In this document: piece after piece, positions 37,601-52,065 of the stretch | Layout of the letters: every line of letters begins with the position of its first letter | Position numbering within the stretch: the first letter of the stretch is position 1 | Assembly: GCA_001949185.1 (NCBI GenBank) | Contig: BDGG01000015.1 | Span: 315,036 to 379,035 of the forward strand | Reading direction: 5' to 3' | Length of the DNA stretch: 64,000 bases | From: Ramazzottius varieornatus | Taxonomy: Eukaryota; Animalia; Tardigrada | Program-made: the position numbers and the translations under genes | Notes under the pieces: generated by a model | The model's database searches: none | Seen by the model: only the letters and a program-made list of their open reading frames with translations | Told to the model about the DNA's origin: nothing

Positions 37601-40377
37601 TCGAGAAGTTCGCTTTGAACGGATGGAAAGGCTCGAGATGGGTGGTTCTTCGCAGGGGGCGGCCTGAGAGTGGAGCTAATGACAGGCCATTACGTACTTT
37701 AAAGTGCCAATGATGCGGGACAGGTTTGGATCCGGGTGCGTGTAAAAAGACCGCGCGGATGGTGGGTGAAATATCTGGTCAACGTGTGTATCGATCAGCT
37801 GATCGCTACGACATGAAACATAACAGCCAACACGGCGCGTACCGGGGGGATTCTCTACGCGGACCCGGACCAATCTTGTCCCACTTCATCGGCACTTTAA
37901 AGTAACATGTTTGTGATTATTTTTGACGAAAGTAAAAAGTTTGTATGTTCGTTAGCGTTGGTGGCTGTACGATTACGCCATTGATTGGAGGTAAATTACA
38001 GCCAATTGATGATGAAGCGTCTTCGGGCTGGCGTTTGGTGCGTTCGAACAGCGATCAGCGTGTGGGTAGGGTGAAGAACCATGGCGGACCTTCAGAGAAG
38101 CTTGACAGGTGAGCAACGTGAGAAGAGCGCGACGGTGGGCACACACAATGCATCTAGACCGACGGACAGTCCATCGCCATCGTCATCGACTAGAAACGTT
38201 CGAGCACTTTCACTTTCAAAACTAAGACTTTTTGCCGTTTTAACTGACACTCTTCACTGTGACGAAGCGCATCAAGGAGGGAAGGAATATATTTGGTGAT
38301 TCTTCGGAAGAAACACTCGCAAGATGACGCAGAACAATTTCGAAAGAATATGAGGACACGACGCATTTCAATAACTGCGGGACCAAGCGTAGTAAAATGG
38401 TGTGAATGCTCAGGGTTGCTTTAAGTACCAGAGATCTGACCAACAAAAACTTTGGATTCTGACAAATTTACAAGTTAGGTTTTCCTCAACTTGGTGCAAG
38501 TGGAAATAATACAGTACAATGTTGCTTTTTGTGGAAACGGATGTCTGACTTACCAGCTGGATCAGGGTGAGGTTATTCGTCATACAAGAAAATCATATCT
38601 TTGGAGGAAACAAGATGGGACAGAATTCCCCAGTACGGCAGACGACACGGTCCTTTCGTAAAGTAAAGGTCAACAACGATGACTAAAGATCTTTTGCGTA
38701 TGCCAAGAAATAAATTACAGGGCACCGGAAACGCGTGTGGAAAGAAGAGTGCAAGTGAACGAAGAATATTTGCAGGTATGAAAAGTGGGTAGGGTACAGT
38801 GGGGCAAGTTACGTAATCTTTGTTGACGACCAGGCTAATTAAGCAACGCCGAACGGCGTGCTGCCACCTCCGAGCGACGTCGGCAATGGCAAGTAATCAT
38901 CTAACATCAATGAAGGTTTGAGATGCGCCATAATGGCCGTCATCACACACCAGCGGAGCCTCATCAACACCTGACACCCTCCAAAAGTCTTATTTTTTAC
39001 AGCAACGGAAAAATTTGGTTCGTTTTATTTCACGAGGCTAAGTTTCGAGTAACTACATGTCGACTTACCGTTGGCATTTGGCACCGATGGGTAGAAGCCA
39101 GCGTTCTGTGGGAAGAAGTAACTTGATGGCTTGAATGGGTCCTTAGGCTCCGCTGACGCCGATAACTCCTTCAGCGTCTGCACGTAAATCTACAACAATA
39201 CAAAAGAATATTACATCACTGGTGGAAACCCGTTGGAACATCTTTCGAAGTCTATACTCATCAAACAGGATGTTCAAAACCAGAAGTTGACAAATTTCAG
39301 GATAAGAAACCGATACGTCTGCTTATTTGGGATATGGAAAGGTCACGTCATGGCGATGGTACGAGATCGAGACCGTGAAAACCGAAAAAGATATTTGAAG
39401 GGCGCAATTTGGGGAAATTATAATTTAACGGAGGATAATAGAAGTTTTGGGGCCGACAACAGAAAATTTACGATCGAGTGCATTACGAAAGAAACTGAAA
39501 TGACAAGAGAACAAGAGCGCATCTGAGATTGAAAGTCGGAAGAACGTGTATGTTGCAACAGTCAACCGCGCTAGCCACATTCATTTGCGTGTTTTGCCTC
39601 TTTGCTTCAGTGCGTATTTCAAAGCGTATTGTTGCAGTGTTGTTCTTTGCGCGAACGTCCAACAAAGTGACGACCATGGCGATGGTCGAAGCTCAGAATG
39701 CAGCTTCTTGGTCTTTCTTTGGCCCACTGCACCTGACATGCTTAGGGTGCATCCACCTCACCGTTATCTACCAAGAGTCTTGTTCACAACTGTCTAGTTG
39801 CGCTAACGTTAGGTAGGTTCTTCGTTGCATCAAGAGAGAAAAGAGCTTCTCTTGAACGAACAGACTCGAACCTTCGGACGGCGACGAACACACAAGATCT
39901 TGTTGGTTGGCGCTTTCTGACACGAAAACCTCCTTCCCTAGTTCGTCGCTGTAAACTTACACCATGCATATGCGCATACAGCGGCGTAATAAGCACTTGC
40001 TGGCTGCGAATCAACGGCAAGAAGCGAGCAAGAAGAACTTGTCTTACATAATCTTCCGACCACCCTTGGCCACACCAAAAACCCGTCAATCACAAACCAC
40101 CGCGACAATGACGCGCTCCTAGGTGGCGCATCCTGTCAGCCGAAAACACGGAAATGTGCGCCACTTGGGAAAAACAGTCAAACTCGACATCGTTATTTTC
40201 ACAAATGGCGCACGCTCTCAGCCAATAATACCGGAAAAGTGCGCCACTTTCGGAAACCGGTCTCGTTGAGCCTGCCTGCTGGACTTGCAACCATAAAAGG
40301 TTTTCGCTTACCTCATCTCCGTCCTGACTGGGGTAAATCGGCGAAAAGATACTCTTCTTGGACACAACCATTTTCAA
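34635..40377 (-). CDS. ham: hamlet / PRDM3(MECOM)-PRDM16 / egl-43 family C2H2 zinc-finger transcription factor; 5' end uncertain
   Basis: N-terminal finger array ([51 protein letters not shown]), PLDLS CtBP motif, C-terminal 3 fingers ([20 protein letters not shown]..., [29 protein letters not shown]), acidic tail. Exons 35120-34635, 36905-35495, 37448-37274, ~39189-39069 and one ending at ~40311. Confidence 0.93.
35215..35420. repeat. Palindromic hairpin repeat, dimer, in the last hamlet intron
   Basis: Outer arms ggacgtcgg ... ccgacgtcc enclose two units, including ccaagtggcgcac...gtgcgccacttgg. Confidence 0.88.
36960..37240. repeat. Palindromic hairpin repeat, trimer, in a hamlet intron
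   Basis: Three units with loops cagccagtaacac, cagccaataacac and aacagtacc. Confidence 0.85.
40100..40290. repeat. Palindromic hairpin repeat, dimer, in a hamlet intron
   Basis: ggtggcgca...tgcgccacttgg and atggcgcac..cagccaataat..gtgcgccactt. Confidence 0.85.
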
Positions 40378-40859
40378 ATTTGGGCAGTGAGAATCGACTT
40401 TGAAACTCTCGGGAAAATGAAACGAGGAAATGATCGAGCTGAAAACCGATGTCCGAAACGTCTCGAATGGTCAACTGAACTATGCTCGATCTGACTACGG
40501 CAGATGTCGATCTCGAGATAGTGGGAATTTCTGGATGGGACAGGAGGATGTTTGGCTAGCCTATCGGAAGGGTAGACGAAGCCTAATGCTCCTCCTTGCT
40601 CGTCCTCGAATGTCTTGAAAGATCAGCAAATAGTGCCGGACAATGGTCTGAATCGACCAATGTCCGGCGCAGCTGTCCCCGGTGGGAAAGCCAACGGCGC
40701 AGATCAACACAAGAGCTGGACGAATTCGAGCACGGGACAACGTACATCTGCTGTCAACTCGAGATCCAGACCAAGTCAAACTTCCTGTCACCATCAATCA
40801 AACATCGCACCACAGATAGTGGCGTCCTCTATTGGGTTGCAAAGTTGCGCCAACCCGAA

Positions 40860-41045
40860 ACGATCTCGCCCAGTTTCTTTTACCAAGTGGCGCACGTTTG
40901 TGGTATTACAGGCTATGGGCATGCACCACTTACAAAACAGCCTCATCGAGTTTTGTTTTCCCACATGGCGCACACTTTCAGCTTATAAAAATGGAAACGT
41001 GCGCCACATTGGGAAAAATCCAATCTCTTTCGAGTCATTTGCCCA
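40860..41045. repeat. Palindromic hairpin repeat, dimer
   Basis: ccaagtggcgcac...gcaccactt and atggcgcac...gtgcgccac. Confidence 0.8.
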
Positions 41046-44000
41046 CGGCTCAGTTGAAGAAGGCATGGAGTTGACTTGAAAGTTGTGCCCTGTTTAATAA
41101 TTCGAATGTTTGGTTTTTATTGAAAGATTGTTGAGAAATTTCAGGAGTGACTATCGCGATAAGGAAGAGGCGTTTTTGATGGGAGTTGGATCGTGCTGTG
41201 TGGTTTGTCCTGGCATGTCAGCAAACAAACGGCCCATTGTGGTCATTTCTTTCAGCGATAATTGCTGGCCTCTTTGCTGAGTAAATTAACGTGGATGATT
41301 TAGAATATAAACTGTGGCAGCCAAAGCATCCTCTTTCCGCACACACTCTTGACAAGTTCACGGACACTTTAGCCCGCTTTAGCGTCCACAGTATTAAGCC
41401 CCTGCTTTGCATACGTATGGACATCTTTTGCTATCCAGAGCACGCACATGGATAGCAAACCAGGAATGCTACACTTTTGCCGGGCTTTTGTGCACAACAA
41501 TAGCGTATTTGGGGCTTTGCAAGCAAAGCTTGAGATATGATGAAGTGTATACCTTGAGTATCAACGCCAGCTTCCTTCTCCTCGCTCTAGATCTATCAGC
41601 CATGCTGTCACCTCTCGCTAATTTTCATATTACTCTTCCGCATTGCTCCCGGCTTTTGTATCCACAAGACAGTGTAGCCCTGCTCAGAAACAGCATGAAC
41701 AGATCACATTTTCATCACGTATCAATATAATCTAATAGTAATAGGGTGTAAAGCTATGTTTTGCCCTGTTTTAGCAACGTGGCAATGTATGAAAATTTGT
41801 ACAGGTTTGCACTGGGTGAGGCATAACGAAAATTTGAGTTTAGGTTGGAGTATATGGTTGATTGTTGAGTTGTGAGGAAGAGCGACATCACCCGATGATG
41901 AAGTGTGGGACATGTAAAAGGGAAGCGTACATTCTGTTGGTGAATGGGCGAACAATAGCGTCCATGGGGACTTTATTAGCGTGATGATACGAGGTGAGGT
42001 GAGGTACATGGGAAACACTCGTGGGTCGTTTGTTGACTTTGCCATTGAGGGATTAATTGCTCTGCTTTTGTTATATTTGTACGGCCATCTTCGCCCAACG
42101 TCCTGTGGGCCATAATTAAGTGACCTTCTAAGTTCGCTCAAGCACATAACGAGATGTACCTCCTCAGCGCATACCTCCACTTAATCGCCGGACCCCCTCT
42201 GCGTCCCACTCGCAACGACACCTGGGTCACCTTTGATCTTTTCCACAAGCTAAACATATCAAAATATCGTGGCAATCTGGTCAGTCCCGACTTCCGGACT
42301 ACTTTGTTCTCCGTAAACCTCCAAAAACTTTGCAAATCATGAAACGCCAACCATGCTAAACCACGAGGCAAAAGGCCCATTTTTTAGTCCTGAACGGGAG
42401 AGAATTGTTCGAGTTGGCTTTTGGTACTGCTGCTAGCGATTGAAATTCTTCTTGACCGGTTTTGCGGTATGCAGTGCACAATAGTTCAACAGAAGGACAA
42501 AACGTTCGGGTCTAATCGGTGAGAAATCGTAGAAAAACGAGCATTTTCTCCGTTCTTGCGCTTCCACGTTACTTTGAACATCTGGAGAAATGTGATCTCT
42601 ACCACTTCCAGAAAACTTATTTCGGCTCGTGTTAAACGTAATACAATTTTTTCGCTTACCTGTTGGAATCCTTGTAGAGTTGCCATGTGGGTGGACTACC
42701 CGAAGACGGTGAAGGATTTTTTCGGCAGACTTCCTCGTCTTCGAAGAAGGAAGGAGTGAGGGATGGAGAGGGTCGGTACTTGTTGTCCGGGATGGGATGG
42801 TCCGTTGTCGGTGCGAAAGTGGGCTTCTTGGCCGCGCTTCTTCTCCCACTTCAGCTAGATCCAAGACCTGTCGGCAAAAGCCAAATCAGTATTAAAGTCA
42901 ACATATTTTCGAGTCCGCACATCATACATCCTGTCATGTTAATAATCATCACCGCCAAAAGGTCGGTAAACTATTCAGTTGTAAAGTACGACAACAAAAC
43001 TTTAACGACGCTCTGTTTAGCACCGAATAACCGACAATGATCCGACACAATAAAATTCTTTTGGTGAGCGCGCTAAAGTGACACCAGCTCGTCATGACCG
43101 TCTCCCACCCGGCCACACCCATCCTAAAACTCCTCGTTTGAAATTCTGAAACAAACCCGGTTAAAATGCTTTGAATTGCGACCACTCGCAGAAAAAATTC
43201 AAACGAGCAGTCTGTTAAGATGTTTGATTCTCACCCGAAATAGTTTCATGCGCATACTAAATTCGACATGGGACATTCGCATCGAAGTCTGGAATGTCTG
43301 TGAAATTTTCTACGCGTTGTTCATACCGACAAGTGAATTTCATCCAGCCAGCGATGGTCGGCGGTTGACAAAAAAGGCAAACACGGATGAACTGCTCTAA
43401 TCTGTCAGCACCAAGTACACTGGCAGCTTTGGGCATGGATGCCGGCAGTCAAAAAGTTTGTGCCATGATCCGACAGCAGGAAGTGCACCCTTGACAAGTG
43501 GCAGGGAAACTCGAGGGTCCACCAATGATTTTCTGCTTGGGGGTCCGAGATTGTTTAGCGATCAGCTGTCTTTGGGGTGGGGGTGCACCTCTCCTAGGAT
43601 CATGGCACGAACTTCGTATGGCAAGCGGTATCCATGGCTGTGGGGACTTGAAATTGATCAAGCGGCGCATCGGCACGTACCCAGTAGCGCGGCAGGATCT
43701 ATTTCAGCCGTGGATGAAAAAACACATCGGCCGTTGAAGAGTCGTGAGAAACTAATGGTCAACAGAAAGATCCAACTGAAGAAGCCAGTGCTATTTCAGG
43801 AGCTGTACAAATGAGGCAGAGACATGTCGGAATCGTCAAAGAAGGGCACGGAAGGGATCTACTCGCTCCGATCTTACTTCACACAGCTGCGCGTCCACGT
43901 ATTTTAAAATATATCCGCTATAGCGTTAACGCGCGGATACGCTCCACTTGATGGCAGTTAACATTGGAATAAAGCAGTGCTGTATGACCATTGTATATTC

Positions 44001-47000
44001 ATACAGCTTTGTCAGGCCATTATCGGGCCGACAATGAGCAAGCAATTATACCTTTATGGAAGGAATCAACAGCGCTCCAGCCGACAATTCGATCCTTGAC
44101 TATAGGTAACCACTGTCAGCCCTGACTGACACAGGACGAGTCGAGCGAATCAGCAAACAGTCCATAAAATCAGTTTGGGAACGAAAGCGAGACTGGCTCT
44201 CGTAAAAAGGTCGTCATTACCATTGCTATGATCATAAAAGGAAACGGCTCCTCTCATGAGAAGCACCTTTGCAAAGGTGTATCAAAGTGCTTTATAACGC
44301 CCTAATAATCTGTATAGCCGTCATATCTGAAGCCGGAAAGCCCGACGAATTCAACTGTTTTGTCAAGTATCGTTTGATAGTCTCCTTCCAGTATTTACTG
44401 AGAATATAACCCTAGATGTAAAAGGAAGAGCGGCCAACGCCCCGTGCTCTCCATTTTGAATCCTACGCGCTTTGTGCTTTCTCCAATTCGAATGCCGGAT
44501 CCTGCGAGATTGTAGTTCATGTCTGGACATGGGACAATATAATGAAAAGCCTGCCTCAACAATTGTATCACATTCAACAACAAAAGAGTATACACTGCTG
44601 TCCCAGACTCGCACTGATCCACGACCAGAGCAGATACATACTGTATGATCGAATATTCGTAGGCAAATGGACGTTTAGATTCCCGAAAAAGATTCATCCT
44701 ATTAATCGTCTTATTGTGATGAGGTTTTGCCAAGAAAAAAATCCGAATGCTCGGCATCTACGAGGAAGAGTTTTCTATGACAAATGATAGTTTTTTGAAG
44801 ATGGCAGATCGCCGGAACGCACTTTCAACAACTTTTCTCGACTTTCAGAGGCATAGTTTCTCCAACTGATCGGTTTTTAAATATCGATAAGAAAACAGTT
44901 TATGAAGTAGATCGGGACATTTGGCTAGAATCGAAGGTAGATTTGGCCGTGGTTGGCGGAAGTCGTAAATTGAGGATAAGGCGTGAAGGATAATGGTGGG
45001 ATGTTTGTGCTTGGTGATTGACGGTAAGCGTCCTGTTGTCATCATGAAATAATCATGTGAGAAATCTGCCAGACAGTTTAATCTAGGCTGCGTGCTCGGA
45101 AGCTTTTAGGAAGAACCTTTTGCTTCAATGGCCGCCAATGGTCTAAGAGGGCGCAATTACGGGAAGAGACTGCTGTTGCCCTGGCTTGTGTATGGAAAGA
45201 GAGGAGGCCATCACATGCCATCACTGCCATCCATCCCATTGAAGTGTTTCAGGCAGATCATGCAAGCGACACGCCGGTCCATATCTGACAAGGGGGGAGG
45301 ACGACAAGCGGAAATGCCCCTCAACAGCACAGGAAATGGACCTGAGTAACGAGTCCTGACAATGGCTCTCTTCCCCTTGGTGGGACAAGTGTCGTCCCTG
45401 CCACTCCTGACAGCTCCCCAAAATAGAGGGAAAGTGATGGGCTCGTGCACTTTTCACAAGCAGGCGGGTCGAGCCTATTCATTGTCCATACCTTTCAGCG
45501 AGCTATCACAAAAGACCATGGGACGAGTGTGGGTCAACAAAATCTTGCTCTTCCACCCATTGTTCTCCAAAAGGGATAATATTGCTGCAATATAACAAAC
45601 GGAACACCGCAGAGTCCCCCTGTGACAACGATCGATCATTTCCTATCCGCTGCGGAACGAATATTCGCCTCAAACTCCGTCTGTCAGCTCACGTTCTGAT
45701 TCATCTGGGAAGCAAAGCTGAAAAATCTGAATCCCAGGGAGAAACTCTTTTTAGCCGGAATCTTCGCAAACTGGAATACAGTATGCGGTCATAAATGGTT
45801 CTGTTTTCTGGTCTGTACAACCTTCCATCTTAAGGTCGATTTTTCGCCGGTTGGTCAGTTTTCCAACGGTAAAGAGGTAACAAGCAATACGATAATAAAA
45901 CACGGAATCCGTGCAAAGCACTCAAACAAGCACTCAAAGTCCAAGGCATACCATCCTGACTGAACCTATCTGTACAAGATGAATAATACAATTGCTTGTT
46001 TGGAAGTTGGAGGAGCTGAATAATATAAGCTGGAGGAAGCTCTACAGACCAAATCACCGCGGTAACCTGGCTGAAGTGCCTCTGTGTGTTACCGCGGCAC
46101 ACATCATTTTCAGCGCTTCGGACAAAGCCGAGCGTAAACAGTGAAGTCCTCGTCTGACTTTGCCTGTCAAAAGTCCGCTAAATCCGTCATTGTAGCTCTT
46201 GTCTGTGGTGTCAGTATGGAGGTCGAGTAATGGCTGACAATTAGACCATGGGCTATAGCCATAGGGATCATGATGGATGTCCGATCATACACAAATAATG
46301 GCCATACAGTAAATCCTCGAGGTTACGATGACTGTGACCAGCAGACAAGATTACCCTACTGTCCCCGCCTGTGGCGTCTTACAGCCATGGCCCACAAGGA
46401 CAATCGGCCATGGAGACCCCCTCACCACCAGCTTACGCAGATTCACATGACGATCCCTGATGTGACTATACCCGCTAATATCCTGGCCAATTTTAAAATG
46501 GACAAAACAGTCATTGGAAATCCCTGACAGCAGGACGTCGGAAAGTATTATCCCATATATATGCTTCATTCGATCGTTATGGGCGAAGCGATATGCCTAG
46601 GGTGGACATTGAAGTCCGCCATTTTGAAATGATGGAGACAAGATAGGACAAGATAGACGGATGGACCAATGGGCGAATGTCAACGACAACATGCTTGTCA
46701 TCTGCTCATAGAAAATTGACGGTACTCGCTATGATATCCAATGCGATGCTAATCATTTGAGGCGTTACAGTTCACAAAGAAATCGCTGGATAGATTCGAA
46801 GTATTAGCGAACTGTATTTTTCCTTCTCGAAAATCAGCAGAAATTTCTGGGTGGGAATAAACAAGGTACAAATTGATAGTTAGCAATTACGCTGAATTAT
46901 TAACGAGCCAATGACAAACCGGAGGATGCCACTATGGCCCCTCCGTCCTACGCCCATAGACGGCTAAAAGCTTCCCAGGGTAAACTGGTTATAAAAGGGC

Positions 47001-50000
47001 AACACAAATATCACGCAATTGTTTCGGCACGATACTCGTCAATCCCAACCTCACTATGCGTCGTTAGTTAATTATCTCACAATGCAGTGGCCAGCTACTG
47101 TGCCAGTTAAGGAAGGGTTACTCTGCATGAAACGCACTGTCAAGTTTACAAACATACCGTAGAAAATCAGCTGCCACTGTCAGTCCATACGGTCAGAGAA
47201 GTCGTATCCAATCCTTGCTGTGAAACTATAATTACAATATTAGGACGTCACCTGCAGTCAACAAGATGCTCGTGTATAAAACCAAAATGCCACTAGGAGA
47301 ACTTTCTCGCAGAAAATAATGTGTTTTGAATTGCAGTCGGATATATCTGCCTGTAATACTGCGATGACTTTTTTGCGGTTTGTTATTGTATCGTCTGTTT
47401 GAAGATACGGCACAAAGAGGGCAATTTTATGCGGAGCGGCGGCGTACGAGTACTTCGTACAGAAAGAAACCGGCACAAGTACTAGATCAACGTTGAAGCT
47501 TCCTTCCTTCCTCGTCACTGCAACCCAGAGTGAGCGGCGCTCATAGGAGCGATTGGTGACTATCGGACAAGAGAATGGTAGAGTCTGTGGTGGAAGATGG
47601 CGGAACGCTGATGTGGCCCATCGTGGCGCTCTTTCCGGCGACCGACCGCAAGACGATGACAACCGCACAGTAATGAGCCAAGATTGATCCCCCTTCACCA
47701 CGACCTCGTCCTCGATCTTCCTTCCATCGATACTCGGTCCTCCTAGTGATAATCGACAGCTAACTGTGTCAAAAGCCCAAAGAGCTCAAAGTGAAGACAC
47801 TTTCCTGTCTCAACAAGTTTTTCTCAGAACTTCACAAGCCGGAAACTGCAGGAAAAATAGTTTGAGGCTTAGAACCGCCAAAAGAAGGGCCGCGGACAGA
47901 CAAAATGCATTTCCGCGTACGTTCGCTTGGCTTCCATTTGATGTGGAATACATAATTTTACGCTTTAGTGACCAAATGCACGATTACTTCCGCCTGGAAT
48001 TATCTGGACTTTTTACCTGAGATATTTCCTTGGGATTAAAAAGTCAGGTGCGGAAGGACTGAGAATCAAACAAGTAGAAAAGCTGTGAGGCTAATGATTA
48101 CCGAGCGATTACAACAGTGTTGGCATCTGTGATCTCATCGGAAGTGGCATCAAAGCACTCTGTCCACGTCGACAGAATTAAAGCTGGCATTAGTCAGGTA
48201 TCGATTTCCGACTTGGAAATATTTAGAAAGATTTACGGCGTAGGCCAGTTTATAGAGAGATCACCAATTCGATGGCTGCATACTGCCTGGCGATGGCAGT
48301 GAATCGTCTCTGCTGAAAAGAGTCTTTGGATGACTGCACTGTAATGGATGCTTAATCCCTGCTGCAATATTCAACACTACTGTGCATTCATCAAGGAATG
48401 AAACGCAGTCTTCAGCAAGTCAAGACGTATAACTTGAATTTGGTTGCGTGGCGGGAGAGCTTTACTTTACGGATTTCGGCCAAATCTGAATTTTATAAGC
48501 TGGATAGAGTATATTGCAATCAAAGACGCACTGTCCTTCCTTGGCCATTCGATCGCCTTTCAGTGTCTTTTCAGCCGTCATTGCTAGACTAGAGATTTGC
48601 TTCGCCGCAACATAAAAGAGAGCCCAGCCCGGCAAGCCGGAAATGCTAGACAGACCAATCCAACACGTGTCTGTTTTTGTCGAGAAACAAGGTAAATGGC
48701 GCGCTTTGTCCCCCTTCTCAAGTGTTTGCGTAACGCATCAGGTTAATCATTGGCATACCCTCTGATGACTATAGTCCAAACTCCAAACTTTCCAAAAATA
48801 CGCCCCAACTCCAGACAAAAAGAATGGTCCGTTCGTTCCCTTTGGGAACTGATCGTAATTGAACAACCGTATGTAACTTAATAGCTGCGGAAAGACTGCG
48901 TTCGCTTACAGGAACACCATGAAATCGAGGCGCTTTTCTACCATGTTTTCCTTAACTTGTGTGAAGGTGGTGGTTGGAATACCGGCTTTTTAGTTGAGAT
49001 CTTTAGAGCGCGCTCTGATTAGCCTCAATGACGTCATGGGCGATACGAGCACTTGACCCATGTCAGTTCCCGCAAATGACATATTGCTGTATTGGCACAA
49101 ACAATTTTATCTTGTCACTTTTCAAGTATGACATTGGCGGGCAAACAAATGAGCGGACGACAGTCACGATACCCCCGAAATATCTTCAATTCCTCTGGCG
49201 GTTTTCTATCCGCCGAGCAAGCTCTGTGTACTATAACTCTCCAACCTCATGTTCCACCTAGCGACAGAGTACCCTGCACACTTCCCTGGGCAAATATTAT
49301 CCAAAGTCTAATAAGGATCTTTGCTTTGCCCGTCCGCCAAAATTAACCCGACTTGGGCTGGAACCTCCCGCATACCATAGATAGAGACAGATCCGTAGTC
49401 ATCGAACTCGTACTGACATATGGGCACAGGTAAACCAACAGTCAAAATATGTCGGCCAGCGAACTGTCTTATCTCAATATAGTTTGTCTAATTGAGACGA
49501 GCCTTGTTTGGTTATCGAGCCTTCACAGTTTACCCAATATGGCTCATATTACACCTATCCTAAATTTCGCATGAGGAAATTCATGCATGTTAGAAGGATG
49601 TTGGAAAGGGTGTGAGATAAAAACGGGACAGTTTATTTAAACAGCTGCGCAATATGCCACTTTCGAGGTGATATATCTTTCAAGCCGTTGGACACATTCT
49701 CAAGGTACATCTTTGTGCTCACCTTGACCAAAGAATGCGTGTCTATACTTTTGACCATTGGATCGTCCGGTCGACATGTTTCCCCTCAATGTACTCTTCT
49801 GTGGTGGAAGGGAAGATCGAGTTGACAAAGGGAGCAATTGGGGCGGTGTCGTATTTGTTTATTAATATGACTGTCTTGTGTGTTCACAGCGCATTAATAA
49901 ATTGATAGATGAGCCGCAATCGACGCTTGGATGCAACTGAAGCGAAGGACTCTGCCGTCCTTTTGACGGGCAAGATCGAGTTTCCCTCGTCATGATCAAA

Positions 50001-51964
50001 TGCCGCTCTGTGTAAATTGTGTGAGGCCTACTTCGTCAAAGGAAACAAGATGTACTTCAGCTAGAGTACGGGAGAGCTGTCTTTGCCCTCCTTTAGTCCA
50101 CAGTCCAGCGGGACAGGTATGCGCTGAAGTTGGACTGTGGAGGAGCTTTATTGTAAGCCGCACATGCGTGTCTTCCTCCTCTTGAACACTAGCTGATGGC
50201 CGCGCTAACTGATCGACTTGTCGGCCTCGCAAATGCGACTTTGCTCTATTCAAACAAATCCTTCTCCGATTACATGTCAATATTCCAAAGTGTAAGCCCC
50301 ACTGCTGTCTAACATGGGCAAGAGCACGATAAGTCCGTACACGGCATCCAGCTCGAAAAATGACAATAGCACTGTATTCAAGTGAGAAAGACTGCGAAAA
50401 TTCGTAGCAAAAAGCCAAGACGATCTTTCCTCACGGAAGACAGACGGGAGAAATGGGCCTGAAAACCGAAAATGCGCCACTAAGAAAACTGCTAAAAATG
50501 TTTCTGGTTTCATACATCCTTTTGGAAGAACTTTTTTTCCGGCGAAGAAACCTTCGAAGACAGCTGAATATTATTATTCAGGGAAGAGGTGTTAATTAAC
50601 GCTAGCCGTCTGATAATAGGTGCGCAGTATGGAATTGGCTTGTGTAAACAAACGGCGGGGAAGAAGCGATCAAGTGGCCTGTCCTCAGCGTTATGCTGCC
50701 CAGGGAGATATTGTTTCTCTTCCGTAAAGCGGATAAGAGCTTCTTTTGTCAACGGGCTTTACTCTATTTAAGAACAATGGCCAAGAGTACAAACTTGTGT
50801 TTCATTTTTGACCTGAGCCTACCATGGGAGCGTGATGGCTCAAGGGTGGCCAGCACTATCCACCTTGGCCCCAAGTGTCACCTTAAAGAGGCTCCACACC
50901 TGCACGTCTTATCTCTTCACTTCCACCGCTAAGAACAATATCACATTCCCTGTCACAGGTGGACGAAATAGCCGCTCTTTCAGTAAAAGCCCTACTTTGC
51001 TCGCCTGGATATGCATTCAAAGCTGAGCTGCATCCACAAGGATACATAAACGATCATCACTTTGCGCTCCAGAAAAGGCGTCAAAAGCCTCAGCTTGACC
51101 ACTTCATCATTCCTCCATAAGCTATCCTCCCTCTTTTCTTCCCCTCCGCTATTCTTCGTCTCCAAGCCTAATTAATTTCGTACGGCATAAAGCACGCTAA
51201 TCGACCTATACATTAGCTTCGGTATTCAAACAGCTCGTGCAGGAATATTAGCTACAGCGGCCTGATCGTAAACATCGGAACGCGTAGTTTTTTTCGGACC
51301 CACATTCAGTTTTTGAGTTTTGCTTGAGAGGGGGTCGGCCAATGTGGAAGCTCACGGATTTTTAAATTATCGAATTTTCTCTACGGTTTAATCAGTGTTC
51401 TAAGCGTACCAAAGTAACATCCAGTGTGTAAGAATTCAGGGAACCCACAAGAAGCACCAGCACAAACTGTTCCCTTTTTCCTGATGGCATCGATGGGTGT
51501 GTTGATGGGTTGCCTGATGGGCAAAGCTATCACGGAAGCTTTGGCTTTTCCTCTTCCCAGTCTTTTCCTGGAAGTGACGGGATGCTTGGTGCCCTACTGT
51601 CATCAAGACGTGCCATCTAGGACTCGTCGTCGACGACTCAAAGAGGAAGAAGCCATGTGAAAGCGCAGCTTCCTTCCTCTTCATTACCTAGGGCATCTAG
51701 TCAATTTGACACATTTGATTCATCCATCGCCAGCACCATTGAAGCCTCACTATGATCCCAAATCTATCATGTGCATTGCCATTAGCCACCACTACTCTTT
51801 ATTCCTCCGAACGCCGGGATACACCACATATCCGGCCGGAGAAGCCTCTCCATCTCTTTACGCTTCGGCGAACTCCCGCAACGGTTCGTCCGTTTCCCCC
51901 AACGAACACACATTTCCCATCAGGCGAATTTCTGAGCTTGCTAGAGGGGATATGCAGTTGCTCA

Positions 51965-52065
51965 AATGAACGGAACCAGATCGCCGTTTCGAGTGGCGCA
52001 CATTGTCAGTGTTATTGGCTGGGATCGTGCGCCACTTGCCATTACGACCTGGCCCAGCGTCCAAA
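51965..52065. repeat. Palindromic hairpin repeat, monomer
   Basis: agtggcgcac-attgtcagtgttattggctgggatc-gtgcgccact. Confidence 0.85.
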
